Below, one piece after another: positions 9,870-19,264 of a stretch of 64,000 bases of DNA. Every line of letters starts with the position of its first letter. The stretch's first letter is position 1. Source of the stretch: an uncultured virus (IMG/VR IMGVR_UViG_3300027704_001989) (taxonomy: Duplodnaviria > Heunggongvirae > Uroviricota > Caudoviricetes). The translations under genes were made by a program, and so were the position numbers. The stretch lies in IMG/VR virus record IMGVR_UViG_3300027704_001989; one strand, given 5' to 3'. The notes under the pieces were generated by a model, which searched no databases, was not told the DNA's origin, and saw only the letters and a program-made list of their open reading frames with translations.

Positions 9870-10511
9870 CTATAGATAGTCTTTTAACGGCAACACAATG
9901 CTACGAATTTTACTTCCTCTGCCGTTGCCATCTGCTTCTTCTTCTTGTAACACTTGATCCCAGGTAGATAAATTAAATGCTGAACTTATCCGCAGTGTAT
10001 CAGATGTATTCTTTTGCCCCCAGTGCAAAATATGCCCTGGCATCATAACAAAATGCCCATCAAAGTTAGGTAGCGGTACAATTGTTCTAGTTGCGGGGTC
10101 GTTCTGATCTGTGTAATATGTTTCTGTTCCGGTATCTTGTATAACATAATTACCGTGCCATGTGCCATAATGCCTGTGTGGATTTAATGTTTTTCCTTTT
10201 GGCCAAACATTAATCCAACTCTTAAAATAGTAGTCTTGGTAGTTGTCGCCGACGAGATCTAAACTTTCAGCAATGCAGTTAAACATAAATGATAAATTAG
10301 GAAATAATTCTATGCAAGTGTAATCGTGGTACGTTTCCCAGCTACCTGACATGTAATCGTAGTTATTAAGTTCTTCAGACCACGGAAATACTTCAGCACT
10401 ACGATCGAGTATTTCTTTACCGATAGCAACAAGGTTAGATGGAACACATTTGCCATCTACCAATGGTTCTCCAAATATTGTTTTTAATTCTAATTGTTTT
10501 TCAATTATCAT
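9870..10511 (-). CDS. 2OG-Fe(II) oxygenase-like protein
   Basis: SWINV..PHRH, LH..RISSAFN; ATGA-coupled start. Confidence 0.7.
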   Translation of the reverse strand: MIIEKQLELKTIFGEPLVDGKCVPSNLVAIGKEILDRSAEVFPWSEELNNYDYMSGSWETYHDYTCIELFPNLSFMFNCIAESLDLVGDNYQDYYFKSWINVWPKGKTLNPHRHYGTWHGNYVIQDTGTETYYTDQNDPATRTIVPLPNFDGHFVMMPGHILHWGQKNTSDTLRISSAFNLSTWDQVLQEEEADGNGRGSKIRSIVLPLKDYL

Positions 10512-11080
10512 CTGTACCACACATTTTTTTGTTCATAACTCGAAGCTCGTAGTCCTTTTATATTACTAAAACTAAAATACCCAGTTAGCCTAACAAAGTT
10601 ATCTATCGGTGTGTCTGCTTTGTGCCAAGTTCTGCCATCGAAAATTACTAACCTATTGAACACATTTTCTATCTCTGTCTCCCCTACTGTTAATCCGTTT
10701 CCAATTACATGTTTGTCAATTTCAGGATTTAAAAAAATTAGACAACTTACATAAAACGAATCGTCGGCAAACTTAGCTGGTAATATATCTCTGTGACCTA
10801 CCATTACATCTTGTTCTGTGTTTACATTTAAGTGAGCTCTAGTTAAGTGCTTAATCTTAATTTTAGAATTAAATTGTTGAGCATATGGTAATAGCCATGA
10901 TTCAGCATCAAAGACAGTATACATATCTTGAAGGCTAAACATTGTAGATAAAAATGCAGGATTAGAACTATCAGCCTCACGCCTACACAATGTAAGACGT
11001 ACATTATTAATGTAATGGTCTTTCCATCTTTCTACAATGCTATCTGGCATTGCGTTGTCTATAATCATTGCATCATTCAT
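10508..11080 (-). CDS. 2OG-Fe(II) oxygenase-like protein
   Basis: HRD, NRLVIFDG..WH, R; start corrected to 11080 because the longer ORF runs into tRNA-Gly. Confidence 0.72.
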   Translation of the reverse strand: MNDAMIIDNAMPDSIVERWKDHYINNVRLTLCRREADSSNPAFLSTMFSLQDMYTVFDAESWLLPYAQQFNSKIKIKHLTRAHLNVNTEQDVMVGHRDILPAKFADDSFYVSCLIFLNPEIDKHVIGNGLTVGETEIENVFNRLVIFDGRTWHKADTPIDNFVRLTGYFSFSNIKGLRASSYEQKNVWYR

Positions 11081-11092
11081 ATCTATACCAAA

Positions 11093-11167
11093 TGGAGCGG
11101 GTGGAGAGGATCGAACTCTCATCAAAAGGTTGGAAACCTCTTATAATAGCCATTATACGACACCCGC
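11093..11167 (-). tRNA. tRNA-Gly(UCC)
   Basis: Cloverleaf GCGGGTG..., anticodon loop TTTCCAA, GTTCGA, encoded CCA. Confidence 0.93.
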
Positions 11168-11172
11168 TAAAG

Positions 11173-11249
11173 TGGTGGGTCTGCTTGGACTTGAACCAAG
11201 ACTCTGCCGATTATGAGTCGGATGCATTAACCAATTATGCTACAGACCC
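11173..11249 (-). tRNA. tRNA with CAU anticodon, probably Ile2 (lysidine type) rather than Met
   Basis: Cloverleaf with CGACTCATAATCG anticodon arm typical of Ile2; encoded CCA. Confidence 0.85.
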
Positions 11250-11329
11250 GAGTGTAGGGTTCGCCGCCCTACCGTCTACTCTTATGCATTATTTAGAATT
11301 CGGTCCAAATGCTGTTGACCTATAATAAT

Positions 11330-11405
11330 TGGTGGAGATGATAGGGATCGAACCTACGACCTGTTCCGTGCAAGGGAACCGCTCTCCCAACTGAGCTACA
11401 TCCCC
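11330..11405 (-). tRNA. tRNA-Ala(UGC)
   Basis: Loop CTTGCAC, G3:U70 pair, encoded CCA. Confidence 0.95.
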
Positions 11406-11421
11406 AATTATTTAACTATTT

Positions 11422-11450
11422 ATTATACAGCCTATATATTTGATTGTCAA
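11422..11450 (-). promoter_or_regulatory. Sigma70-like promoter for the tRNA cluster
   Basis: TTGACA-N17-TATAAT just upstream of tRNA-Ala. Confidence 0.85.
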
Positions 11451-12316
11451 CCTGGAAGTGAAACTGTTTGTTGTAAACTTTCTAGTTTGTAATATGTGTT
11501 GTCTCTATTTTTTACATGCCCTGTATACGGAGTACTAAACCATTTCTTTTCATCTTCTTTTGCTAACTGTTTTACAGTGTCGCTAAATGAATGATCAAAT
11601 ATGTTTTCTAAGTATGCAATATGTTCAGTTGGTAAAGGATGCAAATCATATAATCCTTTATTTGCTGTTGCTGTTAAAAATAAGTTTCTTTTTCTATACT
11701 TACTGTGTAAAGGTAATTCATCGCCTGTGTGTATTTCTGTAAGATTTTCGAGTACATCTGCATAACTATTGTAACCTGGGAATAGTACACTAACAAAACT
11801 AGGCATTAACTTGCCTGCTATTTTAAGCATTTTTTCCTGTGTTACACTCTCCATTTGTAAATTAATGCAAGAACACTGTAATGTATTTTGATATACAATA
11901 GAAGATTTAATAGCTATCAACGAGTCTAGTAACAGTGTATTATATGTTTGATGCTTAGTTATTTCATCAACGGATTGCTTTCTATTGTCACTAACTGCTA
12001 CATTGTGATCAGTTAATGATCCCCAATGATGCCATTGCATCGAATCACTGTAAAAACTATCTCCTAGTACACTAAGCCTAGCAGGCATAGTCCATTGTGT
12101 GATTACTAAATCATCTGCTGTAAGTTTATATTTGTTATCTAATAAAAATAGCTGGCTTTGTATATATTTGTTACTTGCACCCGAATGGCCTAAATTATAT
12201 AACGGAATATCTAACTCTGCTGATAATGCTGCTGCCCAAGTAGGCCAATTGTTGCATTGTGTAAAGCTACAACCTATTGCAAACAGTCTATTATATTTTT
12301 TAGCAAAGTCTATCAT
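11447..12316 (-). CDS. SGNH-hydrolase-like protein
   Basis: IGCSFT, NLGHSGASN, QWT..R, DLHP. Confidence 0.7.
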   Translation of the reverse strand: MIDFAKKYNRLFAIGCSFTQCNNWPTWAAALSAELDIPLYNLGHSGASNKYIQSQLFLLDNKYKLTADDLVITQWTMPARLSVLGDSFYSDSMQWHHWGSLTDHNVAVSDNRKQSVDEITKHQTYNTLLLDSLIAIKSSIVYQNTLQCSCINLQMESVTQEKMLKIAGKLMPSFVSVLFPGYNSYADVLENLTEIHTGDELPLHSKYRKRNLFLTATANKGLYDLHPLPTEHIAYLENIFDHSFSDTVKQLAKEDEKKWFSTPYTGHVKNRDNTYYKLESLQQTVSLPG

Positions 12317-12888
12317 AGTAATATAGGTATTTGTATGAATGGATTGTTTAGTTCTGTTAATGTGTCATTTACATCAAATGCTAATGTAATTCGAGGCTGT
12401 TCAAACTTGTCTACTATTAATACTCGGTGTTTGTTTTCTCCCGGACCTATGTATATGTTACCTACTTGGTTCTCAATGTTTACAGTTTCAAACTGGGTAA
12501 TGGTATTGTTTGGCCTAATAGACATGTAGCCATGGAACAGTGAGCTGTGGTTGTGCCAATTCAACACTGTCTTTTCGTTATGGTAGTTTATCCAACACTT
12601 TAAATATAGAGAACTGCTGCTACCTGTGTAGGAATCTTTTATTAGGCTAAGCAATTCATCAAACACAGTGTTCCACTCTTTGCTGTTTCTTAACAGTAGT
12701 AAAGCATTGTACTCGTTGTACAAACTAGTAGAATCTTGTTTGGTATTCTTGTAACGTTGTATATCGGATGTATTTGCATTGTTACTAGAAAACTGCTCAC
12801 CATACACTAACATTATATCGTCAACATACTTAGATAATGTATCAGCATTATCAATAATGTATTGAGATTTGTGTAGTGTGTATTTCAT
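12313..12888 (-). CDS. 2OG-Fe(II) oxygenase-like protein
   Basis: CWINYH..WHNH, HRV..RITLAFD. Confidence 0.7.
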   Translation of the reverse strand: MKYTLHKSQYIIDNADTLSKYVDDIMLVYGEQFSSNNANTSDIQRYKNTKQDSTSLYNEYNALLLLRNSKEWNTVFDELLSLIKDSYTGSSSSLYLKCWINYHNEKTVLNWHNHSSLFHGYMSIRPNNTITQFETVNIENQVGNIYIGPGENKHRVLIVDKFEQPRITLAFDVNDTLTELNNPFIQIPILL

Positions 12889-12912
12889 GTAGTCTTATTT
12901 ATTCCCAACAAC

Positions 12913-13002
12913 TGGCGGAGAGTGAGGGATTCGAACCCTCGGTCCAGTTACCCAGACGCCTCCTTAGCAGGGAGGTACTTTCGACCACTCAGCCAACTCT
13001 CC
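12913..13002 (-). tRNA. tRNA-Ser(GCU)
   Basis: Loop CTGCTAA, long variable arm, encoded CCA. Confidence 0.95.
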
Positions 13003-13007
13003 AATTT

Positions 13008-13084
13008 TGGTGCGCCTTGCAAGATTCGAACTTGCGACCATCCGCTTAGAAGGCGGAGGCTCTATCCAGCTGAGCTAAAGGCGC
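13008..13084 (-). tRNA. tRNA-Arg(UCU)
   Basis: Loop CTTCTAA, cloverleaf, encoded CCA. Confidence 0.95.
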
Positions 13085-13225
13085 AACGCTCTTTTACTTC
13101 TAGTAGAAGTGTTGCATCGAAAAGGCCCCGCACCAGTATTCTCTGGCTGTACAAATGAACGTACTGCACCTCACGAACCAGTTGATCTAGGTCCGCCTTT
13201 TCTTGCCCTTGTTTACCCACGCTAA
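13085..13225 (-). ncRNA. Candidate structured ncRNA immediately 5' of tRNA-Arg
   Basis: GC-richer non-coding stretch; GAAAAGGC/GCCTTTTC closing helix around several hairpins. Confidence 0.45.
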
Positions 13226-13230
13226 AATTG

Positions 13231-13440
13231 TTAAATCTTGTATTCCGGCCTGTGCTTATTATACAGTTCTTTTGCAACTGTGTCAAGCCCTAATCCACAA
13301 CAAATATCCATTTGTCTACGAATCTCATTTGATTGTTCGTTACCTTTTTTCCACGCACGATGATCATCACTGTAGTTGTATGTCCAATCGTGTGTTTTTA
13401 GTAATTGCTCTAATGTATCTAGATCTGGGTGAATTGACAT
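13231..13440 (-). CDS. Hypothetical phage protein
   Basis: HDWTYNYSDD motif; upstream TTGACA-N16-TATAAT at 13475-13502. Confidence 0.7.
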   Translation of the reverse strand: MSIHPDLDTLEQLLKTHDWTYNYSDDHRAWKKGNEQSNEIRRQMDICCGLGLDTVAKELYNKHRPEYKI

Positions 13441-13578
13441 TGATTGTCTCTCGCATTGTTTAAATTACTTGATTATTATAACACGCATTACAAGGGTGTC
13501 AACTACTATTTTCGGTGCGTTAAACAGCATATAAGCGCCGCTACACGCACTTTGCTTCGTAACTGTATTTTATGGTGC

Positions 13579-13974
13579 TTATTTCAATAACTCTGCTAAG
13601 GTTAGCAATACTGCTGTTCCTGTTATAGCACTACCTATCATAATTGCTTTATCGTTCCAGCAATGTCCTACATAAGTCCAAGCAATACTGCTTAGTGCAT
13701 AGGCTATTCTACCTTCAGTCATAAACTCTGCACTTTGCAAAAATACTCCTGTGACTGCAAGTATTGTTGCCGCCCATTTAACATAACTATCAACTGTACC
13801 GATAGGAGTTGCAGGACTTAGGTCTTCAACTTGAACCTGTAGTTCTTCCATCTCTTGCCGTAGTCGAGATCGTTCAGCATTCAACTCCATAGCAAGACGG
13901 CCAGTTTTAGTCATAGTGCTTGACTCGAACTGTTCCTTAACTTCTGCTTTTATTTCTTTTGCTAAATTACTCAT
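13579..13974 (-). CDS. Membrane protein (coiled coil plus 3 hydrophobic segments)
   Basis: Hydrophobic C-terminal half; TAAGTA-N5-ATG start. Confidence 0.7.
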   Translation of the reverse strand: MSNLAKEIKAEVKEQFESSTMTKTGRLAMELNAERSRLRQEMEELQVQVEDLSPATPIGTVDSYVKWAATILAVTGVFLQSAEFMTEGRIAYALSSIAWTYVGHCWNDKAIMIGSAITGTAVLLTLAELLK

Positions 13975-13996
13975 ACTATTACTTATATCTTAAATT

Positions 13997-14070
13997 TGGC
14001 AACCCAGTAAGGAATCGAACCTCAATCTACGGTTTTGGAGACCGCCGTAATACCATTATACCACTGAGCT
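13997..14070 (-). tRNA. tRNA-Trp(CCA)
   Basis: Loop CTCCAAA, cloverleaf, encoded CCA. Confidence 0.93.
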
Positions 14071-14074
14071 ATTG

Positions 14075-14275
14075 TTTTGCTGGGGTGAACTAGCCGCTTC
14101 ACTGTACAATACTGTCTGCTGGGTAATCCCGTCTAAGTATCATACTCCACTTCTTCGTTCTTACGCACCCCCGCGGATACGGACTACTGTCATCGTGCTC
14201 CAATTCTTAGGAACGACCCTAAGTTCTTTCATAGAAGGAGCAACTTACTACTAGCACATAGTTACTGTGCTTGTA
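14075..14275 (-). ncRNA. Candidate ~200-nt structured ncRNA between tRNA-Leu and tRNA-Trp
   Basis: Several perfect helices including a three-way junction; no convincing ORF. Confidence 0.55.
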
Positions 14276-14361
14276 TGGTACCCGGAACTGGATTCGAACC
14301 AGCAAGCCCTTTCAGGCGGGAGATTTTAAGTCTCCTGTGTATACCGTTCCACCATCCGGGC
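14276..14361 (-). tRNA. tRNA-Leu(UAA)
   Basis: Loop CTTAAAA, long variable arm, encoded CCA. Confidence 0.95.
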
Positions 14362-14369
14362 AGTAAACA

Positions 14370-14558
14370 TTAAATATCTAACTCTAGTTGCTTAGAGTCT
14401 GTTTGGTCATGTTGATCTGCAGTAGCTTCAGCAGCGTCAGTTAACACTTTAATAATGCCTATACGAGCAAATTGCTCTGTGGATTTTTCGTCCATATCTA
14501 TAATGATATTTGCACCACCATCTTCTCTATCAATTACATCCAGTACATCTATTCGCAT
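14370..14558 (-). CDS. Hypothetical protein
   Basis: 62-aa ORF after TTGACA-N17-TATAAT at 14586-14614. Confidence 0.65.
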   Translation of the reverse strand: MRIDVLDVIDREDGGANIIIDMDEKSTEQFARIGIIKVLTDAAEATADQHDQTDSKQLELDI

Positions 14559-14610
14559 TGTTTGTTTCTCTTTATGATAGCGTGTATTATACAGTTATAC
14601 ACAAGGTTTG

Positions 14611-15081
14611 TCAAGCATTCTTTTTGACATAATCAAAATAATACTGAGCTAATTTATCTTGCTTTGCATAGGCTTCTTTCTCCCATGGAGCGTCCCAATA
14701 TGCATCTTGGCTTTTCTTAGCAACAAACTTCTTGCCTTTAAATGTCGGCTCCGAGCTTAGGTCGAGTCCGTCTTTTACAAACTGCTTCACATGTACCATT
14801 TCGTGTGCAAGAGTTTTAATCATATCTCGGAAACGCTTCTTACGCCAAATAAAGATACTTACTTCCCAGGCTTTAGCTTTTTTATACTGTTTTGCAAAAC
14901 ACCAGCCTTGGCAATCGCCGTCTGTTTTGTTTACAGTACGACCCATCATAATATCAAAGTCCATCGGCATGTGTGCAATACCTAACTTTGCACTCATAAT
15001 AGCAACTGCTGATTCTATTTTTAGTGCAACAGCTTTATCGTAAGGCTTCCCGCCAGATGGTCCAGCAACAAAAATTGTCAT
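14611..15081 (-). CDS. Phage HExxH zinc metallopeptidase-like protein (paralog of 4361-4795)
   Basis: TLAHEMVHVKQ..YWDAPWEKEA. Confidence 0.75.
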   Translation of the reverse strand: MTIFVAGPSGGKPYDKAVALKIESAVAIMSAKLGIAHMPMDFDIMMGRTVNKTDGDCQGWCFAKQYKKAKAWEVSIFIWRKKRFRDMIKTLAHEMVHVKQFVKDGLDLSSEPTFKGKKFVAKKSQDAYWDAPWEKEAYAKQDKLAQYYFDYVKKNA

Positions 15082-15086
15082 TGTGT

Positions 15087-15626
15087 TTACCTTTCGGTTA
15101 CGTTGAAATACTTGTATGTTTGCTGTACGCAAACTGCTTGGTAGTATGCATCAGCATCTGCACTGTGCAGGTTTTGCTGAATTGCTTTACGTGGATCTGT
15201 TGGCATCATGTTAAAGATTGTTCTACAATCCATAATCTGCCAAAATGCCCAACCTTTGTGATGATCAAATTGCTTAAATAGATCTTCAAGTATGACCATA
15301 TCAAACTGAGGACCTTGACACCAAACTTTATCAACACCAACAAGATACTTGTTTAGTTCGCCCATGAATTGAGCTAACGGTATTCTGCCGTCTTCGCTGA
15401 ATGCTTCGTCTTGTATGTGTGCAGGTTGTTTTGCCCACCACGCTAATGTGCTGTCTAACACACTACGTTCGGCAGTTGTTTGAGTATCAATCTCAGGCTT
15501 CCACAGTGTTTTAGCATGTGGCTCAGTGGGCATATACGGGTCAAATTTAACTGCCCCTACTGATAATACTACACAGTCAGGTTCAGTTCCTAGTGTTTCG
15601 ATATCTATCATTGCGTGTGTTTTCAT
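15087..15626 (-). CDS. DEDDh 3'-5' exonuclease (DexA/Rv2179c-like)
   Basis: MIDIETLG, WCQGPQFD, HSADADA; ATG 6 nt after the promoter at 15633-15661. Confidence 0.85.
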   Translation of the reverse strand: MKTHAMIDIETLGTEPDCVVLSVGAVKFDPYMPTEPHAKTLWKPEIDTQTTAERSVLDSTLAWWAKQPAHIQDEAFSEDGRIPLAQFMGELNKYLVGVDKVWCQGPQFDMVILEDLFKQFDHHKGWAFWQIMDCRTIFNMMPTDPRKAIQQNLHSADADAYYQAVCVQQTYKYFNVTER

Positions 15627-15690
15627 GTAGTTATTATAACAATATCACACCTAAATGTCAAGGAAAAAATTCCCTTTATTTTTCAATGAC

Positions 15691-16551
15691 TTACAACGTT
15701 AAAACAGTATCATCTGGTAGCTGATCGTCGTTAACTGATGCTAATTGTCCTGCACCTTTAACCCCGTCAGCCCATTGCATTTTCTCAAATGGATCTTGTT
15801 CGCCTGCTTTAACAGCATTCCACCAAGTTAGATCAGCACCGTTTGTTCTTTCTAAGAACCATGCAATCTTATGTGCTGTTGCAACACGAGCATGTTGCAT
15901 TGCTTCGTGGCCAAAGTCTCTAGGGTCACTTGGATTGCCTTCCATGTATTTTCTATTACGGAAAGTTTCGTCATCGTTATTGCCTGTGATATCTGCTCTG
16001 TCATGAATAAATTCAACATCTATTCTTTCAAACACATCTAACATATATGCAATATGACTTAGCCATGCATCATTTTGTGCGTTTTGACTTAGGTGGCCAA
16101 TGAGGATATACCAGTCACGAGGGACAACAGGAAAGATAGCATAAGGATGCCCGTTGTGATTATCTTTAGGTGCTAGTAATTTAAACTGACCTGTGTAACT
16201 ATCAATTACTTCGTCCCAGCCTTGTGTTTCCATTAGCCCATCGTCGTTCCAAAAGAACAACCATTCGCCAGTTGCTGCTCCAGCAAGTGTGTTTACATAA
16301 GTATGTAAGTTTTCATAACCCAATGGCTTAAAAATATTTGCTCTTGCTTCTACCCCTAACTCTTGTAAGTAAGGTGCAATAGTTTCTTTAATATATGCAG
16401 TAGTATCGGCATCGTCTTCGTCTAGTCCGAGCATTATTTCAATGTCTCCTGGATTAGTAGCCTTAGACATTAGTGACTTAATACTTTTTTCAAGTAGTTC
16501 GGGTCTTCCTCTAGTAGGAAGTAAAACTGTTATTTTTTTTACTGATTCCAT
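15691..16551 (-). CDS. Glycosyltransferase family 2-like protein
   Basis: VLLPTRGRP, LDEDD, FWNDD. Confidence 0.8.
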   Translation of the reverse strand: MESVKKITVLLPTRGRPELLEKSIKSLMSKATNPGDIEIMLGLDEDDADTTAYIKETIAPYLQELGVEARANIFKPLGYENLHTYVNTLAGAATGEWLFFWNDDGLMETQGWDEVIDSYTGQFKLLAPKDNHNGHPYAIFPVVPRDWYILIGHLSQNAQNDAWLSHIAYMLDVFERIDVEFIHDRADITGNNDDETFRNRKYMEGNPSDPRDFGHEAMQHARVATAHKIAWFLERTNGADLTWWNAVKAGEQDPFEKMQWADGVKGAGQLASVNDDQLPDDTVLTL

Positions 16552-16561
16552 GTGCTATTCC

Positions 16562-17488
16562 TTATGTGTTTGTAACTGGTTTGTCATTCTTTCCAGTAAA
16601 CAATTTTCTAATGTTTCCTCGGAATGTATAATGCCCGACATGGTTAAGTGCTGTTCTAGGGTCTAGCCAAACTTCGCCACCCATATCCTGCCATCGTCTG
16701 CAGAAAGTATAATCTTCACTCAAGTAACGTCTGCTCTCAGGATCAATAATGCAATCAAATAATGCATACATAAACGGCTCAAACTTAGCATCAACATTAA
16801 TATCATTAACATATTTTGTTTCAGGCATTGCATCAAACATTTGCTGTATAACGCTTTTGTTAATACACATAAAACCTGTGCCTGCATCTTTTAGTTTAAC
16901 TAAGTTATCTACTATCTGAACCTGTGGCGTTCTGTTACCATCTTTGTCTTTTAAGAAGTCAAAGTTTACAACATAGTTTGAACTGTGCCCTTCGATTGTT
17001 TCTGCTGTTTCTGTTACATCTTCTCTAGCGGCTTCGATAATGCTATTCCAGTTAACTGCTTTCTTAGGATAAGCACCAACAATAATTGGCTTGTCGTATG
17101 CTACCATTCTAAGAATATCTTCCGGATTAAATTCGATGTCAGCATCAATAAAGAACAAGTGTGTTGCTTCTTTGTTCTCCATAAAGAAACTGTTAAGTGT
17201 ATTCCTGCCTCTAGTAATTAAACTTTCATTTGCAAGTGTACTGATAGTATATTTAATATCATACTTATTACACAGGATTGCAAAACGCATCATACTTCTA
17301 AAGTAAGGCTCACCAATTTGGCCACCATAACAAGGTGTTGCAATAAAGATATGTTTTTGTCTTAATAACCCTAACGGTATTTCAATTTTAGCATCTAACA
17401 ATTGATGCATTACATCACTGTTGTTTGCAGTTGCTTGTTGGTTAACGGGTGCTTTTTTTGCTGGAGCCTTTTTTTTCTTGTTTGACAT
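16562..17488 (-). CDS. GT-A fold glycosyltransferase-like protein
   Basis: IATPCYGG, SLITRGRN, FFIDADI, GTGFM, SEDYTFC; start corrected to 17488 because the ORF track runs through tRNA-Thr. Confidence 0.8.
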   Translation of the reverse strand: MSNKKKKAPAKKAPVNQQATANNSDVMHQLLDAKIEIPLGLLRQKHIFIATPCYGGQIGEPYFRSMMRFAILCNKYDIKYTISTLANESLITRGRNTLNSFFMENKEATHLFFIDADIEFNPEDILRMVAYDKPIIVGAYPKKAVNWNSIIEAAREDVTETAETIEGHSSNYVVNFDFLKDKDGNRTPQVQIVDNLVKLKDAGTGFMCINKSVIQQMFDAMPETKYVNDINVDAKFEPFMYALFDCIIDPESRRYLSEDYTFCRRWQDMGGEVWLDPRTALNHVGHYTFRGNIRKLFTGKNDKPVTNT

Positions 17489-17514
17489 TTCTTGTCCTGT
17501 GTGTGTTGTGTTTA

Positions 17515-17590
<76 letters not shown>

Positions 17591-17669
17591 AAAAAACTTA
17601 ATGTTTTTACTTGCTTTTATTTACACAGATTTGTGTTGAAGGACCAAGATAAATGGCTAGTTTATCTTG

Positions 17670-17834
17670 TTATCGGGAGGGTTTGCTAGATATAAATTCG
17701 TTGAGCTTTTCAGCTTCAGCTACTATTTCTTCTGTGGTAGGCATGTGCTCTGATGTTTTGGCTTTTGCTTGTAGAATAAGTCTTGCTTCTTGTAGAAGTT
17801 CAAGTCTAATCTCGTATGGTGTTTTATTAGACAA
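17670..17834 (-). CDS. Small phage protein, 54 aa, absent from the ORF track
   Basis: TTG start after AAGGAG; SNKTPYEIRLELL...PTTEEIVAEAEKLNEFIS; TAAATA at 17866-17871. Confidence 0.75.
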   Translation of the reverse strand: MSNKTPYEIRLELLQEARLILQAKAKTSEHMPTTEEIVAEAEKLNEFISSKPSR

Positions 17835-17876
17835 TTCAGTCTCCTTAGTAATTTATCTCTGCATGTATTTACCATA

Positions 17877-18407
17877 CTATTCAATCAATGATAACGACCC
17901 AGTTAACTTTTGTGCTTTCTTCAATCTTTTAATAAATCCCCGGTAGGGCAATAATTGCCTAGTATCTTCGAATTCAACTGTGAACATATATCTATCTTCT
18001 TCAAAATCGAACACTGTGTGCAGAACTTGAGTATTAAAAAGATACATAGTATTTAATTGATAGTCTAGTAGCAGTGTTTTATTTTCCTGTGTGTCAACGT
18101 ATGCACAAAAACTGTTTCCATGTTGTAGTAACATATTAATACCAACACCTCTTTCAGTGTCCTTGTGCAATTTATAATAGTCGCCACTTAACATTTTTGT
18201 TACGCCTATTCCTTTGATCTTTGCAATAGTATTATGAATAGTTTCTAATGTAGGGCAAAGAGAAAAGACATGATCCATAGCTAAACTAATTGCCTGAAAT
18301 CCAAAGTATGGATACCACACCTCTCGTTCGAGTGCTTCTGCTAATGCATATTCTGCAAGAGGACCAGCATCACTATATAGTGTCGTATAGCACTCGATAG
18401 GTTCCAT
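17877..18407 (-). CDS. 2OG-Fe(II) oxygenase-like protein
   Basis: LHKD, LFNTQVLHTV..R. Confidence 0.65.
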   Translation of the reverse strand: MEPIECYTTLYSDAGPLAEYALAEALEREVWYPYFGFQAISLAMDHVFSLCPTLETIHNTIAKIKGIGVTKMLSGDYYKLHKDTERGVGINMLLQHGNSFCAYVDTQENKTLLLDYQLNTMYLFNTQVLHTVFDFEEDRYMFTVEFEDTRQLLPYRGFIKRLKKAQKLTGSLSLIE

Positions 18408-19213
18408 TACTTAGGTTGCTCTCCGTTGTCATCCATGTTTGCAATAAAATTGTAGTAGTGTCCCATACCGTGATCTCCTACTCCATCGATAAATTTAAAT
18501 TGTTTTGCAGCTGCCCAACGGCCTCTCCATCCATCTTTAAATCTCTGCCATGGTGTTGATTTTCTAATATTGCCAAAAGTGTTTATGTATCTTAGGTGCC
18601 CTTGGTGCTGGTACCATAGTCCTGCAAAACTTGGTGGCACACTAGGGACCACATCATTGTTGTTAACATATCTAAAGTAAGGAAAGTCAATTGCCTTTAA
18701 GAACTCAACATTGCCAACTCTTGGTTGTCCAAACGTGTACAGTCCACCTTCGGGTTTAACATCCATAGCAACTAGTACAGCCATTGCTCCACCTAAACTA
18801 TGTCCACATACCCAAACACTCTTGGTGTTTTTCTTGTCGTGCTTTGCTAATGCTTTTTTGATATCTGGCATTATCTTTTGATACTCACCGTAGAAGCCTT
18901 GGTGTACTTTTCCTGCTACTGGATGAGGCATTCTAAATGTATTCAAGTCTGCTTTCACATCATTTAATGCTGTTGGTTCTGTTCCTCTGCATGCAATAAG
19001 TACATCGTCTTTATCGCTCATAACATAAGCCTGTGCGCCGTCGACGTCAATGTATGTTGGCGGTAGTGGTTTGTTTAAAAACTTTTTAAGTGGTGCTAAA
19101 TCTGGTATACCATTCTTTGGTTCAAATAATTGTTCCGGTGGTTGATAACATTGATTAGCGAATAATGCTAGGACCATCCCTTTGTCCTTGGTAGAATATT
19201 CTGATAATGCCAT
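18407..19213 (-). CDS. Lipase class 3
   Basis: RGTE, VHQGF, GHSLGGA, TFGQPRVG, NDVVP, C-terminal DH. Confidence 0.92.
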   Translation of the reverse strand: MALSEYSTKDKGMVLALFANQCYQPPEQLFEPKNGIPDLAPLKKFLNKPLPPTYIDVDGAQAYVMSDKDDVLIACRGTEPTALNDVKADLNTFRMPHPVAGKVHQGFYGEYQKIMPDIKKALAKHDKKNTKSVWVCGHSLGGAMAVLVAMDVKPEGGLYTFGQPRVGNVEFLKAIDFPYFRYVNNNDVVPSVPPSFAGLWYQHQGHLRYINTFGNIRKSTPWQRFKDGWRGRWAAAKQFKFIDGVGDHGMGHYYNFIANMDDNGEQPK

Positions 19214-19264
19214 TTCTTACTCCTATGTGTTATTATAGTAATATTTATGGTAAATAGTCTTTAT

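Noticed and set aside
11250..14275. tRNA-associated HDV-like (theta) or hammerhead ribozymes in the spacers
   Set aside because: Could not build the nested double pseudoknot at tRNA 3' ends, and no CUGAUGA/GAAA core found; a covariance search is still needed
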